Notes under the pieces: model-generated
The model's database searches: none
Seen by the model: the letters and a program-made list of their open reading frames with translations, nothing else
What the model was told of the DNA's origin: nothing
Position numbers and translations under genes: made by a program
Shown here: one piece after another, positions 10,487-21,746 of the stretch
Position numbering within the stretch: the stretch's first letter is position 1
Layout of the letters: each line of letters begins with the position of its first letter
Assembly: GCA_013265495.1 (NCBI GenBank)
Contig: MU057887.1
Location: 4,057,668-4,121,667, forward strand
Direction of reading: 5' to 3'
From: Vicugna vicugna
Taxonomy: Eukaryota
Length of the DNA stretch: 64,000 bases

Positions 10487-12828
10487 ATGAAGGTGGCTGT
10501 GGTGAGTACCGGACCCACACAGGAGCTGCCCGGGGACCACTCCCTGTGGAGCGGGGCTGCACCACGCCCCTCCCGAGGGCTCCCGCCAGCACGCTCGCCT
10601 GGGCCAAAGGTCTCCCCCTTCCTGCCATGGTCTAGCTGGGGCAAGGGTCACCAGCCTAACCCCTGGGCTCCGCGTGGACCCAGGTCTCCAGGAGGAGATG
10701 CCGGGTGGGGTGCGGTGCTCCCGCGCAGCATCCCCGTACGTCACTGGGAAGCGGGTATCCCGCACACCTGCTCTGCAGAGTATGGCGCCAGGAGCGGGAG
10801 GCCGTCCAAGGCCCCTGTGCCTGTGCTGGGGAGGGGCTGTGCCCTGGGGCGTCTCACCTGGCTGCATCCACATCGCAGAGTCCTGTGCCCCGGGGGATGG
10901 CCTCACTCCCTCTTGGAGCTGGCATCACGGTGTAATAGGTTCAATCCCCCACCCAACCAGGGCCCAGACCCTTCCCTGGTCTACCGGCCTGATATGGACC
11001 CAGATGTGGCCAAAGACAAGGGCAGCTTCCGAAACTATACGGTAGGACCCTGTCCCCCAACTCCTGGGGAGAGTAGCACCTGTCCCCTCACACAGCTCCA
11101 GGGGCCACCCTTGGGGAGGCCCTGTGTGCACCTTGGGGCCCAGCCTGGGAGAGAGGAGATAGCAGCTCCCTGGGTGTGAAGGGCAGGCGTTGGCGAGCTG
11201 CCTGGCTGACTGTCCGGCTTGCAGTCTGGCCCGCTCCTGGACCGTGTCTTCGCCACCTACAAGCTTATGCACACGCGGCAGACTGTGGACTTCGTCAGGA
11301 AGAAGGTAGCTGGTGGGCTCCTAGCCCTAATTCTCCCAGTGCCAACCCTGCGGCCACACTGACCTTCTCTTCCTGGCCAGCATGCCCAGTTTGGGGGCTT
11401 CTCCTATAAGAAAATGACCGTCATGGAGGCTGTGGACATGCTGGATGGGCTGGTGGATGAGTCGGACCCCGACGTGGACTTCCCTAACTCCTTCCACGCC
11501 TTTCAGACGGCTGAAGGCATCCGGAAGGCCCATCCTGACAAGGGTGTGCTCCCCACCTGCCCCAGCTGTGGGGACGGGGTCAAGTAGGGGTCTGTCCCTT
11601 TCCCGGTAGGCCCCACTCACCCCGCCCGCCAGCCTGCCCTGTTCCTCTCTCTCCCAGACTGGTTCCACCTCGTTGGGCTCCTGCACGACCTAGGGAAGGT
11701 CCTGGCTCTGGCAGGGGAGCCCCAGGTGAGGAGAGGCTGGGGAGTGGGTTCAGCAGGGTGGGGCTCAGGGCAGTCTCAGCTATGGGCTCTGGATATCCAC
11801 TTGGTGGGCAGTCAGTCACGCCCACCCACGGCTGCCTGTCCTCCCCAGTGGGCAGTTGTTGGAGATACCTTCCCAGTTGGCTGCCGTCCCCAGGCCTCTG
11901 TGGTTTTCTGTGACTCCACCTTCCAGGATAACCCTGACCTCCAGGATCCTCTGTACAGGTGTGCCTCCCTTGCTGTTGGTCCTCCCTCTCCCCAGTGAGC
12001 TCCTGAGCCCCCCTCACCCTCCATCTCTCCCTGCAGCACGGAGCTTGGCATGTACCAGCCCCACTGTGGGCTCGAGAATGTCCTCATGTCGTGGGGCCAT
12101 GACGGTGAGGCCATTTAGTGAGTGGGGTGGGACCATGGTTGGGGACCACCTCTCTGGGTGCCTGGTGGTGACACCCTCTTTCTCACAGAGTACATGTACC
12201 AGATGATGAAGTTCAACAAATTCTCCCTCCCACCAGAGGTAGGTGGTAGGGAGGAACCAAACCAAGAGCCCAGCCCAGCCTGGTCCACCCCAGTCCCATC
12301 CAGCCCAGTTCAGTCTAGCCTAGCCCAGTCTAGTCCAGCTCAGCCTAGTCTGGCCCAGCCCAGCCCAGTTCAGTCCAGCTCAGCCTGGCCCAGCCCAGAC
12401 CAGCTCAACCCTGCCCAGTATGGTCTGGCTCAGCCTGGCTCAGTCCAGCCCAGCCCGGCCCGGCCCACCTGGAACGTGTGGGGTGTGGTTTCCTCTTGCC
12501 CCAGGCCTTCTACATGATCAGATTCCACTCCTTCTACCCGTGGCACACGGGTGGCGACTACCGGCAGCTGTGCAGTGCGCGGGACCTGGCCATGCTGCCC
12601 TGGGTGCGGGAGTTCAAGTAGGGCTGTACCTGTGGGGGATGGGGGGGAGGGAACGGGGGACGGGGACAAGAGGGGGGCATGGAGGGGTTTCACGAGGCAC
12701 CACACCTCCCCCAATGCAGCAAGTTCGATCTCTACACCAAGTGCCATGACCTGCCTGACGTGGATGATCTCCGGCCCTACTACCAGGGGCTCATCGATAA
12801 GTACTGCCCTGGCGTCCTGCGCTGGTGA
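10487..12828 (+). CDS. MIOX: myo-inositol oxygenase, 285 aa
   Basis: Ten GT-AG exons: 10487-10501, 10961-11041, 11225-11305, 11381-11543, 11658-11725, 11849-11958, 12037-12104, 12189-12238, 12505-12617, 12720-12828. Total 858 nt, open frame. Motifs include [25 protein letters not shown] and RFHSFYPWH. Confidence 0.97.
12267..12466. repeat. Degenerate pentamer tandem repeat (CCCAG/CTCAG/CCTGG family) in MIOX intron 8
   Basis: About 40 units of 5-nt period (agccc, agtcc, agctc, ggccc) fill most of the intron. Confidence 0.85.
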
Positions 12829-12962
12829 CCGGCCTGCCCACCCTGTGCAGGCCTGGCCGGGCGTCTGATGACGGCCCCCGTTGGGCACAGTGATGGCCTG
12901 CCTGGCCTTTCCAGGGGCCCCCACTGTGCCCACTTACGGGCTGCACTCCCTGAGCTGGTGGC

Positions 12963-12968
12963 AATAAA
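12963..12968 (+). terminator. MIOX polyadenylation signal
   Basis: AATAAA 135 nt after the stop codon. Confidence 0.75.
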
Positions 12969-13568
12969 GACCTTGAGGCAGCCTGTGAGTCGGAGCCTCA
13001 CTGAGGCGGACACTCAGTCCGTGTGCGGCCTCTTGGACACACGTCCTGCTTTTGCTGCCACCATAAGCATCTCACTAGTCCTCTGAGCTCTGGCATCAGA
13101 ACCTGGGGTCACCTTGCTCACCTCCACATTCTTGAAACAGTCCCTGAGCCCTCTGGGCTTGGTCTCCTTAAACAAAACACAACATCCGTGAGCTAGAAGA
13201 ACACACTACAGAAACATAAAATGAACACACAACCCTGAAGAGCCCCCCAGGCTGGTTTTCTGGGTGCCCCAAGGTGTGGCCTCACCTTGGCTGGACAGTC
13301 ACCTCCTCCCTGTGGCTTCATCCCCCAGGAGTAACCCTCAGCACTGCAGGGAGCGCCAGCCACTGCCATCCCAGCGTTTATCTCTGAAGAAAGTGGGTTG
13401 TTGGTCTGGGAGTTTCCTGTGGGAGTTCACGGATTGCAGCCCCTCAGTACCCAGCAGTGTTTTCTCTGTATTTCTTGCTAATTAGTAAAAGAATTCAGAG
13501 GCTTACTCAGTTTCAGGTTTGGCTTGTTGGGGACGGAAGCTGGCTTTAGTAGGAGGTACAACTGGGGA

Positions 13569-13613
13569 GTGTGTGTGTCTGTATGTGCGTGTGTGTGCAT
13601 GTGTGTGTGTGTG
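13569..13613. repeat. Imperfect (GT)n microsatellite
   Basis: gtgtgtgtgtctgtatgtgcgtgtgtgtgcatgtgtgtgtgtgtg. Confidence 0.85.
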
Positions 13614-13994
13614 GCCTCAGGGTAGTCTAAGGGTGTCCTTCCCCGTTGGCGTAAGAACAGCCGCTTCCCTGGTAGAACCTGGCGGGCGGCAAAGAGTGAT
13701 TCCGCCAGTGCAGTTTGGATACTGTTCATGCAGGAGAGGCAAATAAATGCTCTTGTCTTTCTCTCAACTTACCAATTTGCAAGAGCTGGCTCCCCAGCAT
13801 CCTTCAAATGCGATCAAGTTGTCTGCTTCTGTATCAAGAACGCAGAGATTTTAGCTACTTGTGCTTCACCTCAGTGAACTGATATCTTTCTGGTGCTCAG
13901 TCAGGGTTGGGGAGGGGCTTGCAGGTGGGCTCCTGGGTCCTTCTGACACCGTCTCGGGGATGTCTTGCCATCTGGTGTAACAAGATGCCCAGAC

Positions 13995-14398
13995 TGTTAA
14001 CATCCTGTGTCTGCTGTGACAGATTACCACAAACATGGTGACTTGTTTTAAGAAACAATAGAAATGTGCTCTCAAGTTCTGGAAGCCAGGAGTCTGAGAT
14101 CCAGGTGTGAGCAGGGACAGGCGCCCTCTAGAGGCTCTGGGAGGGTCTTCTATAGCTTTTCCAGAGGCAGGTGGCCACCAGGATCCCCGGGCTGGTGGCT
14201 GCGTGTCTCTGCTGTCTTCTTTACGTGACTTCTCTGTGTGTCAGTCTCCCTCTCCCTCTCTCTTATGAAGACGCTTGTGAGGTGTTTAGGGCCCTCCCGG
14301 GTTATCCAGGGTGATCTCCTCATCACAAGAGCCTTAGTTCTATCTGCAAGATGCTTTTGCACAGTAAGGTTACATTTGGCTGTTTTTCAGCTTACCAC
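13995..14398 (-). mobile_element. MaLR (MLT1-type) solo LTR
   Basis: Blocks typical of the reverse MLT1 consensus: ttaccacaaac...aaacaatagaaat...gttctggaagccaggagtctgagatccaggtgt...tctcttatgaagacgcttgt...tatccagggtgatctc...taccaca. Confidence 0.75.
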
Positions 14399-15829
14399 AA
14401 AGGCTGCCCTAGACGTGGAATTGGCCATTTCTCCAGCAAACCTTGGTTTCTCCGAGTGGGAAATTGTATTTTGAATCCTCGTGCTGAGGCTGAAGACCCA
14501 ATCACTTGAACGTCCACCTCCATTGCCCACTGCCCTGACCCTGCCTGGCCCGGCTGCTGCACGGCCCTGCCCTCCTGTCCTGCACAAACCCCTCCTGGCC
14601 CTACCCTTGTGCAGCCGTCAGGGGAGGGCTGGCTCAAGTATGCCAGAAGGCTTTGCCCAAGATCCTCCCCGCTCACTCTGCTTCCTTCTGGAGCATCACT
14701 GCCTGCCCTGGGCTTCCTCGTACCGTCCCCAGGCAGCCTCCCCAGCTGCAGCCCCTTCAGCTTTTGAGCTCAGGCAGGGAAGGTGCAGGCCGCCAAGGGG
14801 GGTCCCTCCCTAGAGCTGCTTGTGGGGTGCAGGGGGTGCTAGAGAGGCAGGTCTCTGAGGAGGCTGCGGGGGAAGAGAACTGGGAGCCCAAAGCTGGAGG
14901 CGAGGCCCGGCAGTCTGCCATCCCAGAGGAGCCTCCCCCATGCAGGGCAGGAGTCGCCACCTCCCCCCACCCCTGAGCCTCTCTGTGGCCCTGCAGACCC
15001 TAACCTGGCCACCTGCAGAAAGGCCCCAGGGTTGGGGATTGTGGGGGCCAGGGCCTCCATATTTCTGTCTACCCAGGGGACTGCCAGGCCTTACGGGGTT
15101 GAGGGTGCAGGCACTGGGGCCACTGAGGAGCCCGCAGAAAGAAGGGGGCTCGGCTTTGCCCTGACGCCTGCCCGCTGCACACAGCCCCTCCTCCAGCCCC
15201 TCCTGTGCCAACTGTGGCCTTCCAGCACCCTTCTAATGAGTTATATTTCTCTTGAAATAAGCCAGTTTCCTTCAAGAAAGTGGTTGCAAGCAACGAGAGT
15301 CCGAGAGGAACCTAGGACTTGTTATCAGGCCCATTTGGGGCTGAACATTGCGAATGCCCTGCGAGGGTTGGAGGCGGCTCTTGGCCTGCAGGGGCAGAGC
15401 TGCTGCTTACGGACTCTGCAGCCCTGGACAGGTCATGGGGACCACCAGGGGCAGGCACCGGGGGAGGAGGGCTACTTCTAGGGGCACAGATGGCCCAAGG
15501 GAGTACAACCAGTTCAGGTCCCTAAACTTCAGGCTCAAGGCTTGGACTGAAACAGGAAGGTCTGTGATTGTGCCCAGACCACAGCTCCTGGAGTGTGGCC
15601 AGCAGTGGCCTGGCTGCCCCTGAAGGCCTGGGTCCGCAGGGGGCCTGTGCGGTCACTGCTGTTCTCACAATAGGCCAACAAAATGGTCAGTATCACTCAA
15701 TATAGAAAAAATGTTTGGTGTCAATACTAGAGAAATGCAAATCAAAACTACAAAAAAAGTAAAATAAAATAATGTAAAATACTCGTCCCTTTTCCAACAA
15801 AACATCTTGCTGAGGCCGGACTGTCTTAA

Positions 15830-16160
15830 TATATTTTGACCAAAGCGTATTGTAACATTGACCGGAAGTGGATATAAGAAGCGGGACATTAAAGAGATTT
15901 TGCAAAAACATAAAATTACGCCACTCTTCTCACTCATTTTTATCTTGAAAAAGAGTTACCTTTCAATTAAAAATTTGTTATTATGATAACACATAGTGAG
16001 TTCATTTTTACATTTAAATAAAATTTATAAGCAAATATTTAAAGATCTTCTCAGTGTGATTTCCAATGTGGTAAACATTGACAGAAAGAATCCTAATAAA
16101 CAAAATCTGTTTGGGGTCCTCAGTAATTTTAAAGAACGTACAGGGGTCCTGAGACCAGAT
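15830..16160 (+). mobile_element. hAT-Charlie (Charlie1-like) DNA transposon 3' fragment
   Basis: AT-rich block ending ...aaacaaaatctgtttggggtcctcagtaattttaaagaacgtacaggggtcctgagacca, which resembles the Charlie1 3' terminus. Confidence 0.6.
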
Positions 16161-16998
16161 GGCCTGGTGACTTCCTTTTGCAGAAACCCCAAAGCTGGCC
16201 CCGGGGGCTCCATGAAGGCAGAAGTGGAGGCCACGTGTAGCTTTCTCACCAAACGCCAGGGCTACCAGCATGGCCACCCCAGAGCCCAAGGGGAGCAGGT
16301 GGCCTCTCCCAAAGGGACCTCCCATGTAGTGAGCGGCAATTTGTCACCACTGACCCCCTTGTGTGTGGACCTGCCACCCACCCCACGCTCCCTTCAGCAC
16401 CGCCGTCCACTGACTCACAAACGCCCTTCACTGAGGGGCCTGCGCAGCACTGCCTCTGCTTAAAGGAGAGGCTGGTGTCACAGGACCCCGTACACCCCAC
16501 GACCCCAAACCAACGATCTGAGGGAGTGAGTGGTGCAGGGACCACCGAAGACCCGGCCCTGGTGCCAGGTCAGAGACACTGCCCTTGGGAGTCGGGCTGC
16601 GGAAAATGCCCGGCAGGGAGCCCCGAACAGTCTGGTGTCTGTAGGGGAGCGGCTCTCACTCTGACACCTGCCACCCGAGGCGAGGCTGTGGCTACCTGTC
16701 CCAGTGACCGGGTGATGCCGCATGTGGACTGTGGCTCCTGAGGAAGCAGGGCCTCCTCCGAGAGACACAGCAGCATCTCCTCTGAGTGGGACACGGTTTA
16801 GAGCACCTCCGCCACTGGACGCGCAGGTGTGGCTGGCGTGGACCCCCACCGGGAAAGGGCTGCTGGCGGGCGACTGAGAGGCTGGAGGATGCGGAACAAG
16901 CTCCAGGAGACCCCGGGATGCTCGAAAACCGCCAGGCCCAGCGGCCAGGATCAGTGGAAGACACAGTGCCCTCTGCAGATGGGCCCGAGGGCTCAGAC

Positions 16999-17613
16999 TG
17001 TCACCAAGCAGGACCCTCTGGGGCCTTTCCAGGACAGACCCCCCTTGGCCCGCATGTCCTCTGCCTGCCTCTGGTTTCTAGAAAAACTTTAGCCTCATAG
17101 GCCACCCTGAGTTCCAAAGAGTACACTTAATCAGAGAAGTGAGAAAACACAGAAAGAAAGGAAAACAGTCCAGCAAGACAAAATAATAATAGTTTAGCTA
17201 TTAAACAAAGTCAAGGACCTGTAGCTCCTCCTCAGGGTCTGTGGATCATACTCTGAGCCCCATCCTTTGAGCTGCTTTGCAGGTGCTGAAGCCCCCACCA
17301 GGCGGAGGAAGTTAACTGTGCTGCCCACCAGCCCGGAGACCCCAGACCTGCTGGAACCAGAAGGCTGATGCTGCTGACGCCCCAAGACCTCACTACCCAC
17401 CAATCAGAGTGTTCTCCAGCTGATCACACAGCCCACAGCTCCTGCCCTCACCCTGTCTTTAAAAACTTTTCCCTGAAAGCCTTCGGGGAGTTCAGGCCTT
17501 CTGAGCGCCAGCTGCCTGGACTCCTTGCTGGGCACCTGCAGTAAACGCTGCGCTTTCCTTCACCACAACCAGGTCGCAGATTGGCTTAATTTTCCAAGCT
17601 TGTTTTGGTAACA
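16999..17613 (+). mobile_element. ERV1-class solo LTR (MER41/LTR39-like)
   Basis: Starts TGTCACC and ends GGTAACA. Contains a CCAAT box (~17400), a TATA-like TTTAAAA (~17458) and a polyA-like AGTAAA (~17540) in LTR order. Confidence 0.6.
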
Positions 17614-18383
17614 AGGTGCCTCTAAACGGTGCGGGTGGAGGAGGCCCTAAACACCAGCTGGGGATTGTTGCAGGAACAAGCGTAACAGGCATCTTCTCCT
17701 TTGTTGTCCTTCAAACATGGATCAATTTTTTGTCTCTTTTGGTGGCTAACTTCACAGTTCACTGTGGGAAATGCGGAATTTTGAGACGGGGCTGTGCTGA
17801 GCTCGAAGGGGTGGGTGTGGAAGAGGAGTAGACCTGGGGGCCTCCGACTTTGGCACGAGCCAGGGTTAGGGTCAGGGAGGCATAGTGAGTGACTGCCTTG
17901 TGTCAGTGGAACGCTGTGTCAAGGGGACGGAGTGTGAATCAGAAAGATGGGTTCATCAGGGGCCAGGCACCTGGGGTGGGCATCAGGTTTTCCAGTGTTG
18001 GGACTCCTCCCATGGAGGGGATCTGCCCTTCCAGGAGTCTGGGTGGGAGGCAAGAAAGAGAGAGCCCTGGCACTCACCAGCAGCAATGGGACCATGTTAT
18101 AGCCACACTGGACTCCGCATCTGAAGCTGGGAGTCAGTCTTCCCTGGATCCAGGCACCCTGTGTCCTCGCCAGGCTGGGCTGTGGCACAGCTTTGCCCCT
18201 GGTCAATCTTAGTAAGTTTATTCCTGGTATAGGGACATTCAAGAGAATCATTGGCTCACTGCATTTGTACGTCTATTTATTTACGGTTTTTTTTTTTTGA
18301 AGCTTGGAAAGATTGTTAGGTCAGATAACTGAGCAGTTAAAAAATAAATTCAAGTTAAATTTGTAAAGCAGTTAAAATATTTT

Positions 18384-20030
18384 AGGCATTTAAAATTTAT
18401 AAGTGGAACCCTTGAGAGTTATTGCTAAAACCGGCTAGATTCAAATAGAAGAAAATAAAAGTACATGGACTGGGAGACTTACCATTGTTAAGACGATACA
18501 GTTGACCCTGAACAATGCCAATTTGAACTGCAAGGTTCCACTTATATGTGGATTTTCCCCACTAGCTACCACCACCGTACTACACAATCCTTGGCTGGTT
18601 GAATCCATGGATGCAGAACCTTGGGTGTGGATGGCCAACTCTAAGCTTATACTTGGATTTTTGACTGCATGGAGGTCGGCACCACTAACCTTGGCATTGC
18701 TCAAGGGTCAACTGTACTATCAAAGTGATCTACAGATTCGATGCAATCTTTGTCAAAATCCCAATGGGACTTTTTTGCAGAAATAAAAGAAAAATCCATT
18801 CTAAAATCTCAAGGGACCCCAAATAGTCAAAAAGTCTTGAAAAAGAAGAATAAAGCTGGCAGACTCAGACTTCCCAACTTCAAAACTTACTACAAAACTA
18901 CAGTAATCCAAACAGTGTGACACTGGCATAAAGACAGATGTACAGACCCATGGACCAGAACAGACATTCCGTAACAGAGCCCTTACATATGCAGTCAGTT
19001 GATTTTCAGCATGGGTGCCAAGACCATTCAATGGGGGAAAGAATTGTCTTTTCAACAAATGGTGCTGGGAAAATGGATATCTCCATGCAAAAGAATGAAA
19101 TTGGACTTTTACTTCACATTATATGCAAAAATAAACTCGAAATGGGTCAATGACCTAAGAGTAAGAGCTGAAACTATAAAACTCTTAGAAGAAAATATAA
19201 GCGGAACTCTTCACAACCTTAGATTTGGCAATGATTTCTTGGATATGCCACCAAAAGCACAGACAATAAAAAAAATTAATTGGACTTTTAAACACTAAAA
19301 ACTTTTGCGTGTCAAAGGACACTATAAGGAGATGGATGTTGTCAAAAAAGGGAAAATAACAAGTGTCAGTAAGGATGTGAAGAAATGGGAGCCCTGGGAC
19401 ACTGCTGGAGGGAAGGTGAAAGGGTGCAGCTGCTGTGGAAAAGTTAGGTGGCCCCTCAAAAAGTTAACCATAAAATCTCCTTATGAGCCTGCAATTCCAC
19501 TCCTAGATATGTATCCCAAAGAAGTGCAAGCAGGGACTCAAACAGATACTTGTGCACCCATGTGCACAGCAGCACTGCTCACAACAGCCAAGAGGGGAAA
19601 ACTGAAATGTCTATTGATGGATCAATGGATGAACAAAATGCGGTATCAACATATAATGGAATACTATTCAGCCATAAAAAGGAACGAAGTTCTGGCACCT
19701 GCTACTATACGGACACTCTGAAAATGTTATGCTAAGCGAAAGAAGCCAGACATAAAAGGGCACAAATTGTATGATTCTATTTACCTATAGTGTCCAGAAC
19801 AGGTAACTCCATGCGGGCAAAAAGTAGATTAGTTGTTGCCTAGGGCATGGGAAGGAGCAGGGCAGAAGATGCCGGCTACATGGAACAGGCATTCTTCTCG
19901 AGTTGATAAAAAGGCTTTACAATTGACTACGGTGATGGATGCACAACCCTGTATCTGCTGAATTGTGCCCTGTGAGTGGATGAATTGTAGGCATATGAAT
20001 TGTATCTCAGGAAGGCTGTTACAGAAAACA
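18384..20030 (+). mobile_element. LINE-1 (L1MB-like) 3' ORF2 and 3' UTR fragment
   Basis: Degenerate ORF2 C-terminal peptides (IKLLEENI...GNDFLDM.PKAQT; PYEPAIPLLDMYPKE; MEYYSAIKRNE) followed by a typical L1 3' UTR and an A-rich tail. Confidence 0.9.
18499..18714. mobile_element. Tigger2-family non-autonomous DNA transposon nested in the L1
   Basis: Terminal inverted repeats CAGTTGACCCT...AGGGTCAACTG, each flanked by a TA duplication. The L1 resumes on both sides. Confidence 0.85.
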
Positions 20031-20111
20031 AAACAAAAACCCCAAAGGCAGATTCACACACTAAGCTCAAAAGCTTAAGAAAAAGAACAGGTTTTAATGT
20101 TTCATTATATT

Positions 20112-20428
20112 ACCATCGTTTCTCTGTATTCCAGGGTGGTTTGTTCCAGGAATCCCCGCCCAGATACCAAAATCTGTGGATGCTCAAGTACATAGTATAC
20201 AATGGAATAGTGTTTGCATAAGCCTACACACACCCTCCCATATGCCCTAAATCACTTCTAGGCTACCTGTAATACCTAATACAATGTAAATACTGTGCAA
20301 CTACGTGCTGGTTGTGCAGCAGATTCAAGTTTTGCTTTTTGGAACTTCATGGAATTTTTTTCGGTTCTTTTCAATCTGCGGTTGGTGGAGTTTGTGGCTG
20401 CAGATGCTGAGGAACGATGGCCAGCTAT
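20112..20428 (+). mobile_element. MER2-like (TcMar-Tigger) DNA transposon
   Basis: gttccagga...gataccaaaatctgtggatgctcaagt...gtgtttgcataagcctacacac...taatacctaatacaatgtaaat, matching the MER2-family pattern as I recall it. Confidence 0.7.
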
Positions 20429-21310
20429 ACAGGCTTGAGCAAAAAAGTCAGCTTGTGGATGATTTAATCATGTGTGAGAGCATCGGAAAGCTCAGTCATA
20501 GGTCCCCTTGAGCCGTGTGTGACTGTGGGCACAGGCTGAGCATGCAGCTCCAGCCACTTGGGTCAGTCAGAGGAGCTGGGCACCTTGAGGGGCCGTCTAG
20601 GGGTCTGTGAGGTGAAAGCATGAGGGGTGGGAGCTGAAGACAGAGCCAGGCAAAGGGAGGGCCGTGACCTCCTGATTGACAACTGATCCCCAAACAGAAA
20701 CCTGGACCGTGCTTTCAACTCTTGTTCCCAGGAAATGGTCAGAATACAGGTGGTCAGATGCATCCTCCCTCTTCTGCCCCTGGCCCAGGGCCTCCGTTCC
20801 ATGCTCCTCTCCCCACACATACCCCATTCCGCTCTGCCAGGGGCCTGACAAGCTTCCTGACATGGTGCCCATGCCTGCCCTTCCCACCTCCCCTCCCCTC
20901 CTCCTTCACCCCGCCTAAGCAAGGTCCAGTGGGCTGACCCTTCAGTCCCCTGAGATGAGGAAGCGGGAGCAGAAGAGTGGGAAGGGACTGGGTTCTGGGG
21001 AATCCTCCAGCCCTCACAGGTTCCACAATCTAGCACTGGCCTCGCAGCCTTGATGTGTGGAGCTGACAGGTCAGCCAGGCTGTGCCAGGCTGAGGCTGAA
21101 GGCCTCAGGCAGCGCTGGGCAAGGGCTTTGTATTCATTTTATAGACGGGAACGTGGAGGACTAGACAGCTAAGGCACCCACGAAGCCAGGCCAGCTATCA
21201 GCTGGACAGCATCTGGGCTGTGTCCACCACCCAAGGCAGGGTAGGCCCACTGTCTTCAGGCCTCCCCAGTGGGAAGGAAAAGTCAGGCACATGGTCAAGC
21301 ACAAATTGCC

Positions 21311-21316
21311 TTTATT
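21311..21316 (-). terminator. LMF2 candidate polyadenylation signal
   Basis: AATAAA on the minus strand, ~430 nt after the LMF2 stop codon. Confidence 0.55.
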
Positions 21317-21746
21317 GGCTCACAGATCCGAACGATGGGACAGGCTGGTGTGGACATGACCTCAGGGCCATCTTTCCACCTCTTCCTCAGCAGGTCAGCC
21401 TCATCCCTTGTGCAGGGGCTGGGGCCAGGGCCATCAGACTCGGACCCCTACAGTAGGGGCAGAGGGAAAGAGCCTCCCACAGGCCTGCTGACCACGTCCT
21501 GGGAAGGACGCCGAGCCACGTCACACATGGCCCTCCTGAGCCATCGATCAGGTGAGAAGGTGACCTCGGACAGAATGTGGCTGGTGTGGGGGGACAGGTA
21601 GGCCCTGGGAGCAGAAGGGCAGCACCCCAACCTGGGTCTGTGTGGCGGTTGGCTAAGGCACGGTGGCTGGGCCGTATCCTGCTGCAGAAGGCCAGAGAGG
21701 AGCTGGAACCCCGACCCCCTTGAGATATGCAGCTGATAGGACGCAA

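Noticed and set aside
12122..12517. ORF with SPAQP-type peptide repeats
   Set aside because: It is a translation of the intronic pentamer repeat in MIOX intron 8.
13150..13870. Possible ERV LTR/leader fragment downstream of MIOX
   Set aside because: I could not define termini, a TSD or a primer-binding site by eye, so only the microsatellite is reported.
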